Of a DNA stretch of 64,000 nucleotides, positions 1-9,004 are shown in pieces. The notes below the pieces were generated by a model. The model ran no database searches and was not told the DNA's origin. It worked only from the letters and a program-made list of their open reading frames with translations. This stretch comes from Eubacteriales bacterium (lineage in GTDB: Bacteria; Bacillota; Clostridia; Oscillospirales; QAKW01). The position numbers were made by a program, and so were the translations under genes. The stretch covers positions 1,032 through 65,031 of the forward strand of contig JAZQET010000061.1 of NCBI GenBank assembly GCA_045539135.1. The letters run 5' to 3'. How positions within the stretch are numbered: the first letter of the stretch is position 1; every line of letters begins with the position of its first letter.

Positions 1-677
1 CGGCCGATGATGCGACCCTTCATTTCATCACTGGGCAGAGCCACGACCGACACGGTGGATTCCACCACATGGTCTGCGGCGCATTTCTGAATGGCGAGAG
101 AAAGCAGATGCTTTGCACGCTCATCCAGATCTTCCTTGAACTTCCCTTCATGCTCGGTGATCCGAAGGGCATATTCATGCTCCAGCTCCGAATCCATCAT
201 ATGAAGCAGTTCTGCTTTTGCGGCCTCTGCGGAATAACCGCTGATCCGCTCCAACACAGCAATCTGGGCTTTTTTGACTTCCTCGACCTCTTGCTGCAGG
301 GTTTCCACCTTCTTTTGCTTTTCCGAAAGAAGTTCTTCCTTGCGGTCGATATTGTCGTACTTTTTGTCCAGCATTTCTTCCCGTTGCTGCAGCCGTTTTT
401 CCTGCCGTGTTACCTCCACACGACGCTCTTTTAAATCTTTTTCCTGCTCGGTGCGCTCTCTGAGCAATTCTTCTTTTGCTTCTAAAAGCGCCTCCTTCTT
501 TTTGGTGTTTGCAGTTTGGATAGCATCGTTGATAATGCGCTTTGCTTCTTCCTTGGCAGAGCCGATCTGCTTTTCACCGGTCTTTTTACGGTATAAAAAG
601 CCGGCAAGGAACATCCCAAAGCCCACGATAACAGCAGCAATCACAACGGCGGCAACAAGAGTCCAAATTCCTACCAT
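1..677 (-). CDS. rny: Ribonuclease Y, N-terminal part (rest of gene lies beyond the left edge)
   Basis: Not in the ORF track because it is truncated. My reverse-strand translation from ATG 677 (GGAGG about 8 nt upstream) reads [49 protein letters not shown], then a coiled coil, then [31 protein letters not shown]. This is a TM anchor, coiled coil and start of a KH domain, the RNase Y architecture. Confidence 0.85.
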   Translation of the reverse strand, partial: MVGIWTLVAAVVIAAVIVGFGMFLAGFLYRKKTGEKQIGSAKEEAKRIINDAIQTANTKKKEALLEAKEELLRERTEQEKDLKERRVEVTRQEKRLQQREEMLDKKYDNIDRKEELLSEKQKKVETLQQEVEEVKKAQIAVLERISGYSAEAAKAELLHMMDSELEHEYALRITEHEGKFKEDLDERAKHLLSLAIQKCAADHVVESTVSVVALPSDEMKGRIIG

Positions 678-876
678 GGTTTGTTACCTCCGATTATGAA
701 ATTTTTGGCGGGTCCGTAGGGGGACCCTATAATATATTGTGAAAAATATACTAATTTACCACTACATATTATAGGTGTTTTACGACATTCTGTCAAGGGA
801 AAATTGGCAGTTGCAATAATTTATTAATAATGATATACTTTTATATGTATAAGTATCTCTAACGGAGGGCATATTC

Positions 877-1671
877 TTGTTTTCATTTTTATACAGTATG
901 TTCCTTGGCTTTTTTGAGGTTTTCCCTCTCTCTGCCCAAGGAGCGGATACGGTGCTGGGCGCCCTTTTGGGGAAAGCACTTCCGTCGGTGAGCGGCAGTT
1001 GGATCTTCGGTGCCCTTTTGGGCACCCTGCTTGCGTTCCCCAAAATCACAGGAGCCGCCGCCAAAGGCTTCGGTACCCTTACCGCTGGACTCTTTCGTGG
1101 CACCTTGAAGTGGCGGAAAGCCAAAAAAGAACAGATGGCAAGCGTTTATGCCCTTCTTTGCGCCCTGCCTTTAGCGGTGATGCTGTTGGTGCTGCAGGAA
1201 ACGACCATCGGCTCGGGGCTTGGGTTCATCGGTCTGATGTTCCTTGCCTCGGCGGCGCTGCTCTTCATCGGGGACCATACCCTTTCCCAAGAAACCTCTC
1301 TTTTAGAGATGAAGCCCACCCACGTGATCAAAGCCGCCCTCTTTCAGGCGGTGGCGCTCATCCCCGGCCTCTCCCGCACGGGGGTGACCTTGGGAATGAC
1401 CCTGAATATGGGCTTTCGCCGTGAAGATGCCTTTGATTTTGCGGTGGTACTGACCGTTCCCGCCCTTTTGGTGCTTGGACTTTGGAATGTGGGCACCTTT
1501 GCCGCTTTCGGCGCGCTCAATGCCCTTCTTTCCTTTGCAGGGGGCGCGGCAGGCGCCTTTTTGGGCGGAATGCTCTTGAAAGGGTTGTTCAAAAAAGATC
1601 TTCTTAATATCGCTGTTGCCTTGGGCGCCCTTGCAGGCGCGGCAACGGTCATTTTCAGTTTTGTGAGGTAA
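877..1671 (+). CDS. uppP: Undecaprenyl-diphosphatase (BacA/UppP family) polytopic membrane protein
   Basis: 264-aa ORF with a TTG start and GGAGGG upstream. It is multi-TM and carries EVFPLSAQGA and IPGLSRTGVTLG motifs resembling the two UppP signature motifs. Confidence 0.7.
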   Translation: MFSFLYSMFLGFFEVFPLSAQGADTVLGALLGKALPSVSGSWIFGALLGTLLAFPKITGAAAKGFGTLTAGLFRGTLKWRKAKKEQMASVYALLCALPLAVMLLVLQETTIGSGLGFIGLMFLASAALLFIGDHTLSQETSLLEMKPTHVIKAALFQAVALIPGLSRTGVTLGMTLNMGFRREDAFDFAVVLTVPALLVLGLWNVGTFAAFGALNALLSFAGGAAGAFLGGMLLKGLFKKDLLNIAVALGALAGAATVIFSFVR

Positions 1672-1675
1672 AAGA

Positions 1676-4030
1676 ATGCCGAGAAAAAGCAAAAAACAAC
1701 TGCTTGCCGAGCAGCAGGCAGAGAAAAAAGCCAAAAGGGAAGCCTCCCGCCGCAGTATTCAGGCGGTGGTGTTCTTTTCCTTCGCCCTGTTGATGGCTCT
1801 TTACATCTATACACCCATCAATGTGCCCTTAAAAACCTGGTTGATCGGGTTTTTAAGGGGAATGTTCGGTGCCGCCACCTTCCTGTTCCCCGCCTTCTTG
1901 GTGTGGCTGGGCGTGGACGCACTGGATAAGGATAAAAAATACAGCACCGCCGTGAAATGCTGGACAGGCCTGCTCCTTGCCGCGGTGGTCTCTGCCGCAA
2001 GCTTCATTATCTGGTACCCCGGTTCTTATTCCTTTGCGGAATTTTTCGGCAAGGGTCTTGCCGACTTCTGGAGCCAAGGGCAAGCCCTCCAAGGAGGCTT
2101 GGTGGGCGGATTTATCGCCTGCCCCTTAATTATGCTGATGTCCCGCTGGGGCTTTTCCATCCTGATCATCGCCCTGACCCTGATCGGCATCCTCTTCTTC
2201 TTTGACCTGACCCTCTATCAGATGGCCGCCCCCTTCCGTATGCTGGCGGCTTCGGTGAAGGAGCAACGGGAGAGACCTGTTTTGGTGGAGAATGTGGAAG
2301 AAGAAAAGCTTCGCCGCCATTTCGCCGATGTGAAGGCGGATGAAGAGAAAGAGGAAGAGCCTGTGTGGGTGCCTCCCGTGGATGTAACGCCTCCCGAAGA
2401 GATCACCGACATTATGCCGGTGTTTGTGTATGACGATGTGACCGCCGAAGGCAACATCGACCCTGCCGACATCGGCAGTTACGGCGAAAAGCCCAAGCGC
2501 ACCCGCAAGCCTGCGGTGCGCAAGCCTGCCGCTCCCGAAGCACCCTTGGAAGGGGAGCAACTTCATTTGTATAACTTCCCGCCCCTCTCCCTCTTGAAGG
2601 CAGGGCGGCAGTCGGCAGGCGCGGCGCAGGCAGAGCTGCGGGAAAAGGAAGAGATCCTTCTCCAGACCCTCTTGGATTTCGGCATCGAAGCCACTATGAC
2701 CGGCATCGCCGTGGGACCCAATGTTACCCGCTTTGAGCTGGCGCCCAAGGCAGGAATCCGTATCAGCCGTATTGCCGGCCTTTCGGATAACCTTGCCATG
2801 GCCCTTGCCGCCACCCAGATCCGTATCGAAGCCCCCATCCCCGGCAAAGCCGCGGTGGGGATTGAGATCCCCAATAAAACGGTGAGCACCGTCTTTATTC
2901 GGGAGGTTCTTTCTTCCGAAAACTTCCAAGACGGCAAAAGCCCCCTCACCGCCGCCTTGGGCAAGGATATTGCAGGCAACCTGATCACCTTCGATGTTGC
3001 CAAAATGCCCCACCTGCTGGTGGCAGGTACCACCGGCTCCGGTAAATCCGTTTGTATCAATACCATTTTGATGTCCATTCTTTATAAGGCCACCCCCGAG
3101 GAGGTGAAATTGATCCTCGTCGACCCCAAAGCGGTGGAGATGGATGTGTATAACGGCATCCCCCACCTGCTGATCCCCGTGGTCACCAATCCCAAAAAGG
3201 CGGCAGGCACCCTGCAATGGGCCTGCACCGAGATGGATCGCCGCTATGACCTGATGAAAAATACGCAGGTGCGGAATTTGGAGGCCTATAACGATTATTG
3301 CAAGACCCATTCCGATTATCAGCCCATGCCCCGCATTGTGGTGATCATCGACGAGCTGGCAGACCTGATGATGGTCTCCTCCAAGGAAGTGGAGGATTGC
3401 ATCTGCCGTCTGTGCGCCAAAGCGCGTGCCGCAGGGATCCACCTGATCGTTGCCACCCAGCGTCCTTCTGCGGATGTGGTCACCGGTCTGATCAAGGCAA
3501 ACATCCCCTCCCGTATCGCCTTTACCGTGGATAACGCCCTCAACTCCCGTATTATTCTGGATGAAAACGGCGCAGAAAAACTGCTGGGTCGCGGCGATAT
3601 GCTGTATAAACCCATCGGCGCCAATAAGCCCCTGCGGGTGCAGGGCTGCTTTGTGGCAGATGGGGAAGTGGAGGCGGTGGTCTCCTATGTGAAGAATAAT
3701 TCCATGGGCGCCCAATATGACCAATCCACCATCTCCACCATCGAAAACCTTTCCATGCAGGGCAATAAGAGCACCAATGCCTCCGAGGAAAGCGAAAACA
3801 CCGGCTATGATGAACTGCTGGTGCAGGCAGGCGAATGCGTCATCGAGATGGGGATGGCATCCACCTCCATGCTCCAGCGCCGCCTGAAGCTGGGCTACTC
3901 CCGCGCAGGGCGGATCGTGGATCAGCTCCATGAGCTGGGGATCATCGGACCCTTTGAGGGATCGAAACCCAGACAGGTATTGGTCACCATGGACGAGTTC
4001 AGAGAGATCTGCGTCCAACGCGACCTGTAA
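1676..4030 (+). CDS. ftsK: DNA translocase FtsK/SpoIIIE
   Basis: 784 aa with N-terminal TM helices and a Pro/Glu-rich linker. Walker A is LLVAGTTGSGKSV. IVVIIDELADLMM and HLIVATQRPS are present, and the C-terminal gamma winged-helix region reads MLQRRLKLGYSRAGRIVDQLHELGIIG. Confidence 0.95.
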   Translation: MPRKSKKQLLAEQQAEKKAKREASRRSIQAVVFFSFALLMALYIYTPINVPLKTWLIGFLRGMFGAATFLFPAFLVWLGVDALDKDKKYSTAVKCWTGLLLAAVVSAASFIIWYPGSYSFAEFFGKGLADFWSQGQALQGGLVGGFIACPLIMLMSRWGFSILIIALTLIGILFFFDLTLYQMAAPFRMLAASVKEQRERPVLVENVEEEKLRRHFADVKADEEKEEEPVWVPPVDVTPPEEITDIMPVFVYDDVTAEGNIDPADIGSYGEKPKRTRKPAVRKPAAPEAPLEGEQLHLYNFPPLSLLKAGRQSAGAAQAELREKEEILLQTLLDFGIEATMTGIAVGPNVTRFELAPKAGIRISRIAGLSDNLAMALAATQIRIEAPIPGKAAVGIEIPNKTVSTVFIREVLSSENFQDGKSPLTAALGKDIAGNLITFDVAKMPHLLVAGTTGSGKSVCINTILMSILYKATPEEVKLILVDPKAVEMDVYNGIPHLLIPVVTNPKKAAGTLQWACTEMDRRYDLMKNTQVRNLEAYNDYCKTHSDYQPMPRIVVIIDELADLMMVSSKEVEDCICRLCAKARAAGIHLIVATQRPSADVVTGLIKANIPSRIAFTVDNALNSRIILDENGAEKLLGRGDMLYKPIGANKPLRVQGCFVADGEVEAVVSYVKNNSMGAQYDQSTISTIENLSMQGNKSTNASEESENTGYDELLVQAGECVIEMGMASTSMLQRRLKLGYSRAGRIVDQLHELGIIGPFEGSKPRQVLVTMDEFREICVQRDL

Positions 4031-4134
4031 AAACCGCTAAAAAGAGCGCACATTCTGCCGATCCCGCCGCTCGGCGTATCACATACGCCTTCGGGCGTGC
4101 TCAACAAAATCTGCATCTCTTTTAAGCGGTTTTA
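4029..4134. repeat. TIR-bounded intergenic repeat, copy 1 (AAACCGCTNAAA...TTTNAGCGGTTT family)
   Basis: The ends AAAAACCGCTAAAAAG and CTTTTAAGCGGTTTTAG are inverted. The internal hairpin is GGCGTATCACATACGCC. About 75% identical (reverse orientation) to 4204-4315 and to copies at 55661-56013. Confidence 0.7.
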
Positions 4135-4151
4135 GAAAAGAGTATATAGAA

Positions 4152-4181
4152 GAACAGCCTCCCGATTTTGGGAGGCTGTTC
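4152..4181. terminator. Bidirectional rho-independent terminator between convergent ftsK and rsmG
   Basis: GAACAGCCTCCC-GATTTT-GGGAGGCTGTTC, a perfect 12-bp stem with A/T-rich flanks on both sides. Confidence 0.8.
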
Positions 4182-4203
4182 TTATTTCATCTATAAAGAG
4201 TTT

Positions 4204-4315
4204 GAACCCGCTCAAAACGGATGAAGATCGCTGTTTCTTCGTTCGAAGGCGTATGTGATACGCCGAGAAAAGAAAAACAGCGAAGCCTTGCGGTCTTCGC
4301 CGTTTTCAGCGGTTT
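4204..4315. repeat. TIR-bounded intergenic repeat, copy 2 (inverted relative to copy 1)
   Basis: Ends are GAACCCGCTCAAAACGG and CCGTTTTCAGCGGTTT. The internal hairpin GGCGTATGTGATACGCC is shared with copy 1. The right end overlaps the rsmG stop codon. Confidence 0.7.
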
Positions 4316-5033
4316 ACCCTATGGGCTTTTCTTTGATTTGTTTCGGACTTCTCGGATATGCTTTGGGTGTGTCCCCGATTTTCCGAATCACCAAAATCGC
4401 CCGCTTATCTTCCTCTTGGGGCAGGGTATAGTGGTAAACCTTTTCCACCTTGCCGCCCAAGATGCGGATGGCCTTTTGGGCGCGCTCCAATTCTTCGTCG
4501 GCGGTGGCGCCTTTATAGGCAATGAGGGCGCCGCCCACCTTCACCAAGGGCAGGCAATATTCGCAAAGCTTGGAAAGCTCCGCCACCGCGCGGGAAACAG
4601 CGATGTCGTATTGACGGCGCAGGGCAGGATCCCGCCCTGCGTCCTCGGCGCGGGCGTGGTGCGTCTTGATGGCGGAAAGGGACATAGCATCAATGCACCC
4701 GTCCAAAAAGGTCAGCCGCTTTTGAAGGGAATCCAAAAGGGTCATCTTCAGGTCGGGGCGGGCAAGCTTTAAGGGCATAGAGGGAAATCCGCCCCCGCAG
4801 CCCACATCCACCACCGTGGCATTTTCGGGGAAGATGCCCTTGGAAACAGGGTAAATGCTATCCCAATAATGCTTTTTCATCATCTCTTCGGGGTCGGTAA
4901 TGGCGGTAAGGTTCATCACCTGATTGGTTTCCAACAGGCGGAACTCAAAGGTAAGAAGCTGCTCTTCAAAGGCGGGAGGCATAGAAACTCCTTCCTGCTC
5001 CAAAAGGGCACGCAACCGTTTCATTCGTTCCAT
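4314..5033 (-). CDS. rsmG: 16S rRNA (guanine527-N7)-methyltransferase RsmG (GidB)
   Basis: 239 aa with SAM motif VVDVGCGGGFPSMPL, in the conserved position downstream of mnmG. Confidence 0.93.
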   Translation of the reverse strand: MERMKRLRALLEQEGVSMPPAFEEQLLTFEFRLLETNQVMNLTAITDPEEMMKKHYWDSIYPVSKGIFPENATVVDVGCGGGFPSMPLKLARPDLKMTLLDSLQKRLTFLDGCIDAMSLSAIKTHHARAEDAGRDPALRRQYDIAVSRAVAELSKLCEYCLPLVKVGGALIAYKGATADEELERAQKAIRILGGKVEKVYHYTLPQEEDKRAILVIRKIGDTPKAYPRSPKQIKEKPIG

Positions 5034-6922
5034 TATTTCCGCCTCCTTTGCTCCAGTTCCAGCATCAGCACGCTGATATCCGCAGGGCTGACCCCGCTGA
5101 TGCGGCTTGCCTGCCCGATGCTCACGGGACGCACTGCCGCCAATTTTTGCCGCGCCTCCAGCCGAAGTCCTTCCATTTCGGAATAGTTCAGGTCCTCCGG
5201 CAGACGGCGATTTTCCAATTTTTGAAATTCCCGCACCTTGGCAAGCTGTTTCTCAATGTATCCCTCATATTTGATGGAGATCTCCGCCTGCTTGGCTTCC
5301 CGACGGGTCAGGGCGGGGCGGTTGGGATCCACCGGCGCCAGATCGTCGTAGGTCACCTGCGGGCGGGCGATCAGATCGGCAAGGGATGCCCCTGCGGTAA
5401 GGGGTGCGGTGCCGCAAGCCACCAAAATGGCATTGGCGGTCTCATCGTTATGGGAAAGGTGGGTGGTGCGCAGCCGCTGAATTTCCTCTTCAATATGTTG
5501 CTTTTTCTCCAAAAACCGCTGATACCGCTCCTGGGAGATCAGCCCGATCTCATAGCCCATGGGGGTGAGGCGCAGGTCTGCGTTATCCTGCCGCAAAAGC
5601 AGGCGGTATTCACTGCGGCTGGTCATCATCCGATAGGGTTCGGGGGTGCCCTTGGTCACCAGATCGTCAATCAAGGTGCCGATGTAGGAGGAAGCCCGAT
5701 CCAGAATAAAGGGCTCTTTGCCCTGAATCTTGCGGGCGGCATTGATTCCTGCCACCAAGCCTTGGGCGGCGGCCTCCTCATAGCCGGAGGAGCCGTTGAA
5801 CTGCCCTGCACCGTAAAGACCCTTCAGGTTCTTAAATTCCAAGGTGGGCAGAAGGGCTTGGGGATCCACGCAATCGTATTGAATGGCATAGGCCACCCGC
5901 ATAATTTCGGCATTTTCCAACCCGCGGATGGAATGGATAAACTGCCGTTGCACGTGCTCGGGCAGGGAGGAGGAAAGACCCTGCAGATACATCTCCTCCG
6001 TATCCTTGCCGCAGGGCTCCACAAACAGTTGGTGGGCGGTCTTTTCCTTGAACCGCATAATTTTATCTTCAATGCTGGGGCAATAGCGGGGTCCGATGCC
6101 GTGGATCTGCCCGCTGTAGATGGGGGAGAGGTGAATATTCTCCCGAATGATCTCGTGGGTGGTTTCGTTGGTGGCGGTCAGGTAGCAAACCTCGGTGTTT
6201 TCCCCGATCTCCTCGTGTTCAAAAGAGAAGGGAATGATCTCCCGATCCCCCTCCTGCAGGCTCATTTTGGAAAAATCCAAGGAGCGGCGGTTGACCCGCG
6301 CAGGAGTTCCTGTTTTGAAGGTGCGCAAGGGCACACCCAATGCCTTCAGGCAGTCGCTTAACTGATTGGCGGGAAACATTCCGTCGGGTCCGCCGGGGAG
6401 CTGGCTCTTGCCGATGATGATCTCCCCTTTAAGATAGGTGCCGGTGGCAAGGATCACCGCCTTGGCACCGTAGCGGGCGCCCAAGTGGGTCACCACTGCG
6501 GTCACCTGACCCTCTTCCGCTTCGATCTCCACGATCTCTCCTTGGATCAACAGCAGATTTTCCTGCTTTTCCAAGGCGTGCTTCATATATTGGCTGTAGC
6601 CCCGACGGTCCGATTGCACCCGCAGGGAATGCACCGCAGGCCCCTTGCCCAAGTTCAGCATTCTGCTTTGCAGGAAGGTGGCGTCTGCCGCCTTGCCCAT
6701 CTCGCCGCCCAAGGCATCGATCTCGCAGACCAAATGCCCCTTGGCGGTGCCGCCGATGGAGGGGTTGCAGGGCATATTGCCCACCCCGTCCAGACAGATG
6801 GTAAAGACCCCTACCCGACATCCCAGTCGGGCAGCGGCAAGCCCCGCCTCAATGCCGGCATGTCCCGCGCCGATCACGGCAATATCTAAATTTTCAACCT
6901 GATATTTTTCCATTCTTACCAC
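5033..6922 (-). CDS. mnmG: tRNA uridine 5-carboxymethylaminomethyl modification enzyme MnmG (GidA)
   Basis: 629 aa with FAD motif DIAVIGAGHAGIEAG and the GidA signature GPRYCPSIEDKI. An alternative ATG start lies at 6913. Confidence 0.96.
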   Translation of the reverse strand: MVRMEKYQVENLDIAVIGAGHAGIEAGLAAARLGCRVGVFTICLDGVGNMPCNPSIGGTAKGHLVCEIDALGGEMGKAADATFLQSRMLNLGKGPAVHSLRVQSDRRGYSQYMKHALEKQENLLLIQGEIVEIEAEEGQVTAVVTHLGARYGAKAVILATGTYLKGEIIIGKSQLPGGPDGMFPANQLSDCLKALGVPLRTFKTGTPARVNRRSLDFSKMSLQEGDREIIPFSFEHEEIGENTEVCYLTATNETTHEIIRENIHLSPIYSGQIHGIGPRYCPSIEDKIMRFKEKTAHQLFVEPCGKDTEEMYLQGLSSSLPEHVQRQFIHSIRGLENAEIMRVAYAIQYDCVDPQALLPTLEFKNLKGLYGAGQFNGSSGYEEAAAQGLVAGINAARKIQGKEPFILDRASSYIGTLIDDLVTKGTPEPYRMMTSRSEYRLLLRQDNADLRLTPMGYEIGLISQERYQRFLEKKQHIEEEIQRLRTTHLSHNDETANAILVACGTAPLTAGASLADLIARPQVTYDDLAPVDPNRPALTRREAKQAEISIKYEGYIEKQLAKVREFQKLENRRLPEDLNYSEMEGLRLEARQKLAAVRPVSIGQASRISGVSPADISVLMLELEQRRRK

Positions 6923-7003
6923 ACAATCGTTTTGATTTTATACGCCTTAAAAAAGGCGGTTAAGTTGTTTTGTTAAAAGGGAAAAGACGCAAAAATCACC
7001 CGC

Positions 7004-8368
7004 TTACTTTCCTACACAGAACTTGGAAAATATATTATCTATCATTTTTTCCGTTACTGTGTTTCCCGTCACCTCTCCCACCGCGCTTGCGGCTTCGGTA
7101 ATATCCAAAGAGACCACATCGGGGGTAAAGCCCAGCTCCAGCCCTTCAATGGCTTTGGCGATATATTCTTTGCCTGCGGTCAGCCGCCCGATTTGAGAAA
7201 GGGAGGTGAGCACCCCTTCTGCGGCGGTGTCCTCCACCGAGAATTGCTCCCGCACCCATTGATCCAGTTGGGCGCACCCTGCCCCTGTTTGGGCAGAAAG
7301 TTCAACGCAATGTATAAATTTGCTCTTAATATACTCTATGTCTGCTATCATCGGCTGATCTGCCTTGTTAATGATGGCTAAATTCCGTTCGTTGCCGAAG
7401 GCATCAATGATGGCAAGGTCCTCCTCATCCAAGGGTCGGAACCCGTCAAACACCGCAAAGACCACTTGGGCTTCTTGGGCTTTTTTGCGGGCAATGTCAA
7501 TGCCCTGCCGCTCGATGGGGTCGGCGGTGGTGCGCATTCCTGCGGTGTCTGCCAAATGGCATTGAAGCCCGCCCAAGCGACAGCCTTCGGTGACCGTGTC
7601 GCGGGTGGTGCCGGCGATGTCCGAAACAATACTGCGGTCATATCCTAACAGTTGGTTCATCAAGGTACTCTTGCCCACATTGGGCGCGCCCACAATGGCG
7701 ATCTGCAACCCCTCTTTGATCAACTGCCCCTGATGGGCGCCTGCCAAAAGCGCCTCCAAGGCTTCTTGAATGGCTTTCAGCTCTGCCAGCGTGTCCTCTT
7801 CGGGAGCGTCCACCTCTTCGGGGAAATCCACATAGGCCAAAAGGGCGGTGTTCAGCTCCACCAATCGCTCATAAAGAGCGGTGATCTTTTTGGAAAGATG
7901 CCCCTCCATCTGGGAAAGGGCATTTTTTTGCTGGGCACGGGATTGGGCTTCGATCAGGTCGATCACCGCCTGCGCCTTTAAGAGGTCTAATTTTCCGTTC
8001 AAAAAGGCACGCTTGGAAAATTCCCCCGCCTCGGCAGGGCGGCATCCCCCCCGAAGCAACAGCTCCATTACGCTCTGCAACACAAATAACCCGCCGTGAC
8101 AGCAAAGCTCCGCCGTCTCTTCCCCCGTGTAGGAATGAGGGGCGGGGTAATAGGTCACAATCGCTTCATCGTAAACCTCTCCCTTTTCCGCAATGCGGCA
8201 AAGGGTTGCCTTGCGCGGGCATAAGGAAACCGCCTCTCCCTTTTGATTTTGCAAAAGAGGGGAGAGGATCTTTAAGGTTTCGGGACCGCTCACGCGGATG
8301 ATCCCCAGCGCCGCAGTGGCGGGGGCGGTGGCAATGGCACAGATGGTATCGCTCATATTCGACCTCAT
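7004..8368 (-). CDS. mnmE: tRNA modification GTPase MnmE (TrmE)
   Basis: 454 aa with G-domain motifs GAPNVGKSTL and DTAG and the C-terminal FCVGK tetrapeptide typical of MnmE. An alternative ATG start lies at 8353. Confidence 0.96.
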   Translation of the reverse strand: MRSNMSDTICAIATAPATAALGIIRVSGPETLKILSPLLQNQKGEAVSLCPRKATLCRIAEKGEVYDEAIVTYYPAPHSYTGEETAELCCHGGLFVLQSVMELLLRGGCRPAEAGEFSKRAFLNGKLDLLKAQAVIDLIEAQSRAQQKNALSQMEGHLSKKITALYERLVELNTALLAYVDFPEEVDAPEEDTLAELKAIQEALEALLAGAHQGQLIKEGLQIAIVGAPNVGKSTLMNQLLGYDRSIVSDIAGTTRDTVTEGCRLGGLQCHLADTAGMRTTADPIERQGIDIARKKAQEAQVVFAVFDGFRPLDEEDLAIIDAFGNERNLAIINKADQPMIADIEYIKSKFIHCVELSAQTGAGCAQLDQWVREQFSVEDTAAEGVLTSLSQIGRLTAGKEYIAKAIEGLELGFTPDVVSLDITEAASAVGEVTGNTVTEKMIDNIFSKFCVGK

Positions 8369-8437
8369 AAAAAAGAATATTCATTTTATTTTACAACATT
8401 ATCGTAAAACTTGCAAGAACCTTGCAGTAAATATTCT

Positions 8438-8819
8438 TTCACAACAAAATGTTGTGAACATTATTAAACCCACTGCTTTTCCTGTTCCATCTTTTTTCAC
8501 AACAAAATGTTGTGAAGCCTGTAAACCCCATCTACTTTTTAACTTCGGTGTTTGTTTTCACAACAAAATGTTGTGAAACCTGTAAAAGCTCTCCCTCATT
8601 CTCACGGTTGACTTCTTTTCACAACAAAATGTTGTGAACCTTATAAAACCGCCTACTTTTTTCTGCGACACTTGTTTTCACAACAAAATGTTGTGAAGCC
8701 TGTAAACCTCATCTACTTTTTAACTGCGGCATTTGTTTTCACAACAAAATGTTGTGAAGATTATAAACCTCATCTACTTTTTTACTGCGGTGTTTGTTTT
8801 CACAACATTTTGTTGTGAA
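8438..8819. repeat. Array A: 7 copies of the palindrome TTCACAACA-AAA-TGTTGTGAA in a 58-61 bp tandem unit
   Basis: 21-mers start at 8438, 8496, 8557, 8618, 8677, 8738 and 8799 (the last has a TTTT centre). Inter-palindrome segments are related to each other (GCCTGTAAACCYCATCTACTTTTTAACTKCGG..TTTGTT). No credible ORF. Confidence 0.9.
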
Positions 8820-9004
8820 GTGGGATCAAGCAAGAAGGCGCTTGCTCAGGTGTGACAAAAATGTCTGTAGAAAATTTCTTGCTGTTTTTGTGCAAGTTGG
8901 AGAAAAGAAACTTTCTTTCCGAAAACTGTTTACAAGAAGAATATTTCTTGTTATAGTGAAATTATGAAAGGTTGTTCGGTCTTTGGATCAGAAAGGAGAA
9001 AACG

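Noticed and set aside
2126-4018. 630-aa ORF antisense to ftsK. The same phenomenon appears at 5048-6361 (antisense to mnmG), 12594-14000 (glyQS), 20418-22142 (gyrA), 22961-24049 (deacetylase) and 61702-62607 (EEP paralog 2).
   Set aside because: These are low-complexity Gly/His/Asp/Gln-rich translations with no motifs. They overlap well-supported genes in the stop-poor antisense frame typical of GC-biased codon usage.
8298-8576. Short ORFs running through the repeat arrays: 8298-8576, 25928-26164, 26161-26355, 26492-26698, 26644-26910, 35367-35699, 35422-35655 and 35440-35661.
   Set aside because: Their translations are dominated by the repeated palindrome (TTKCCE/FTTFCC, or HNSFVR/CAQMNCAG). 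They have no RBS and occur in all frames on both strands.
8438-8819. A DnaA-box cluster or auxiliary oriC element at array A.
   Set aside because: TTCACAACA differs from TTATCCACA at too many positions, and the unit is a symmetric palindrome, unlike DnaA boxes. An origin-related role remains only a positional speculation.
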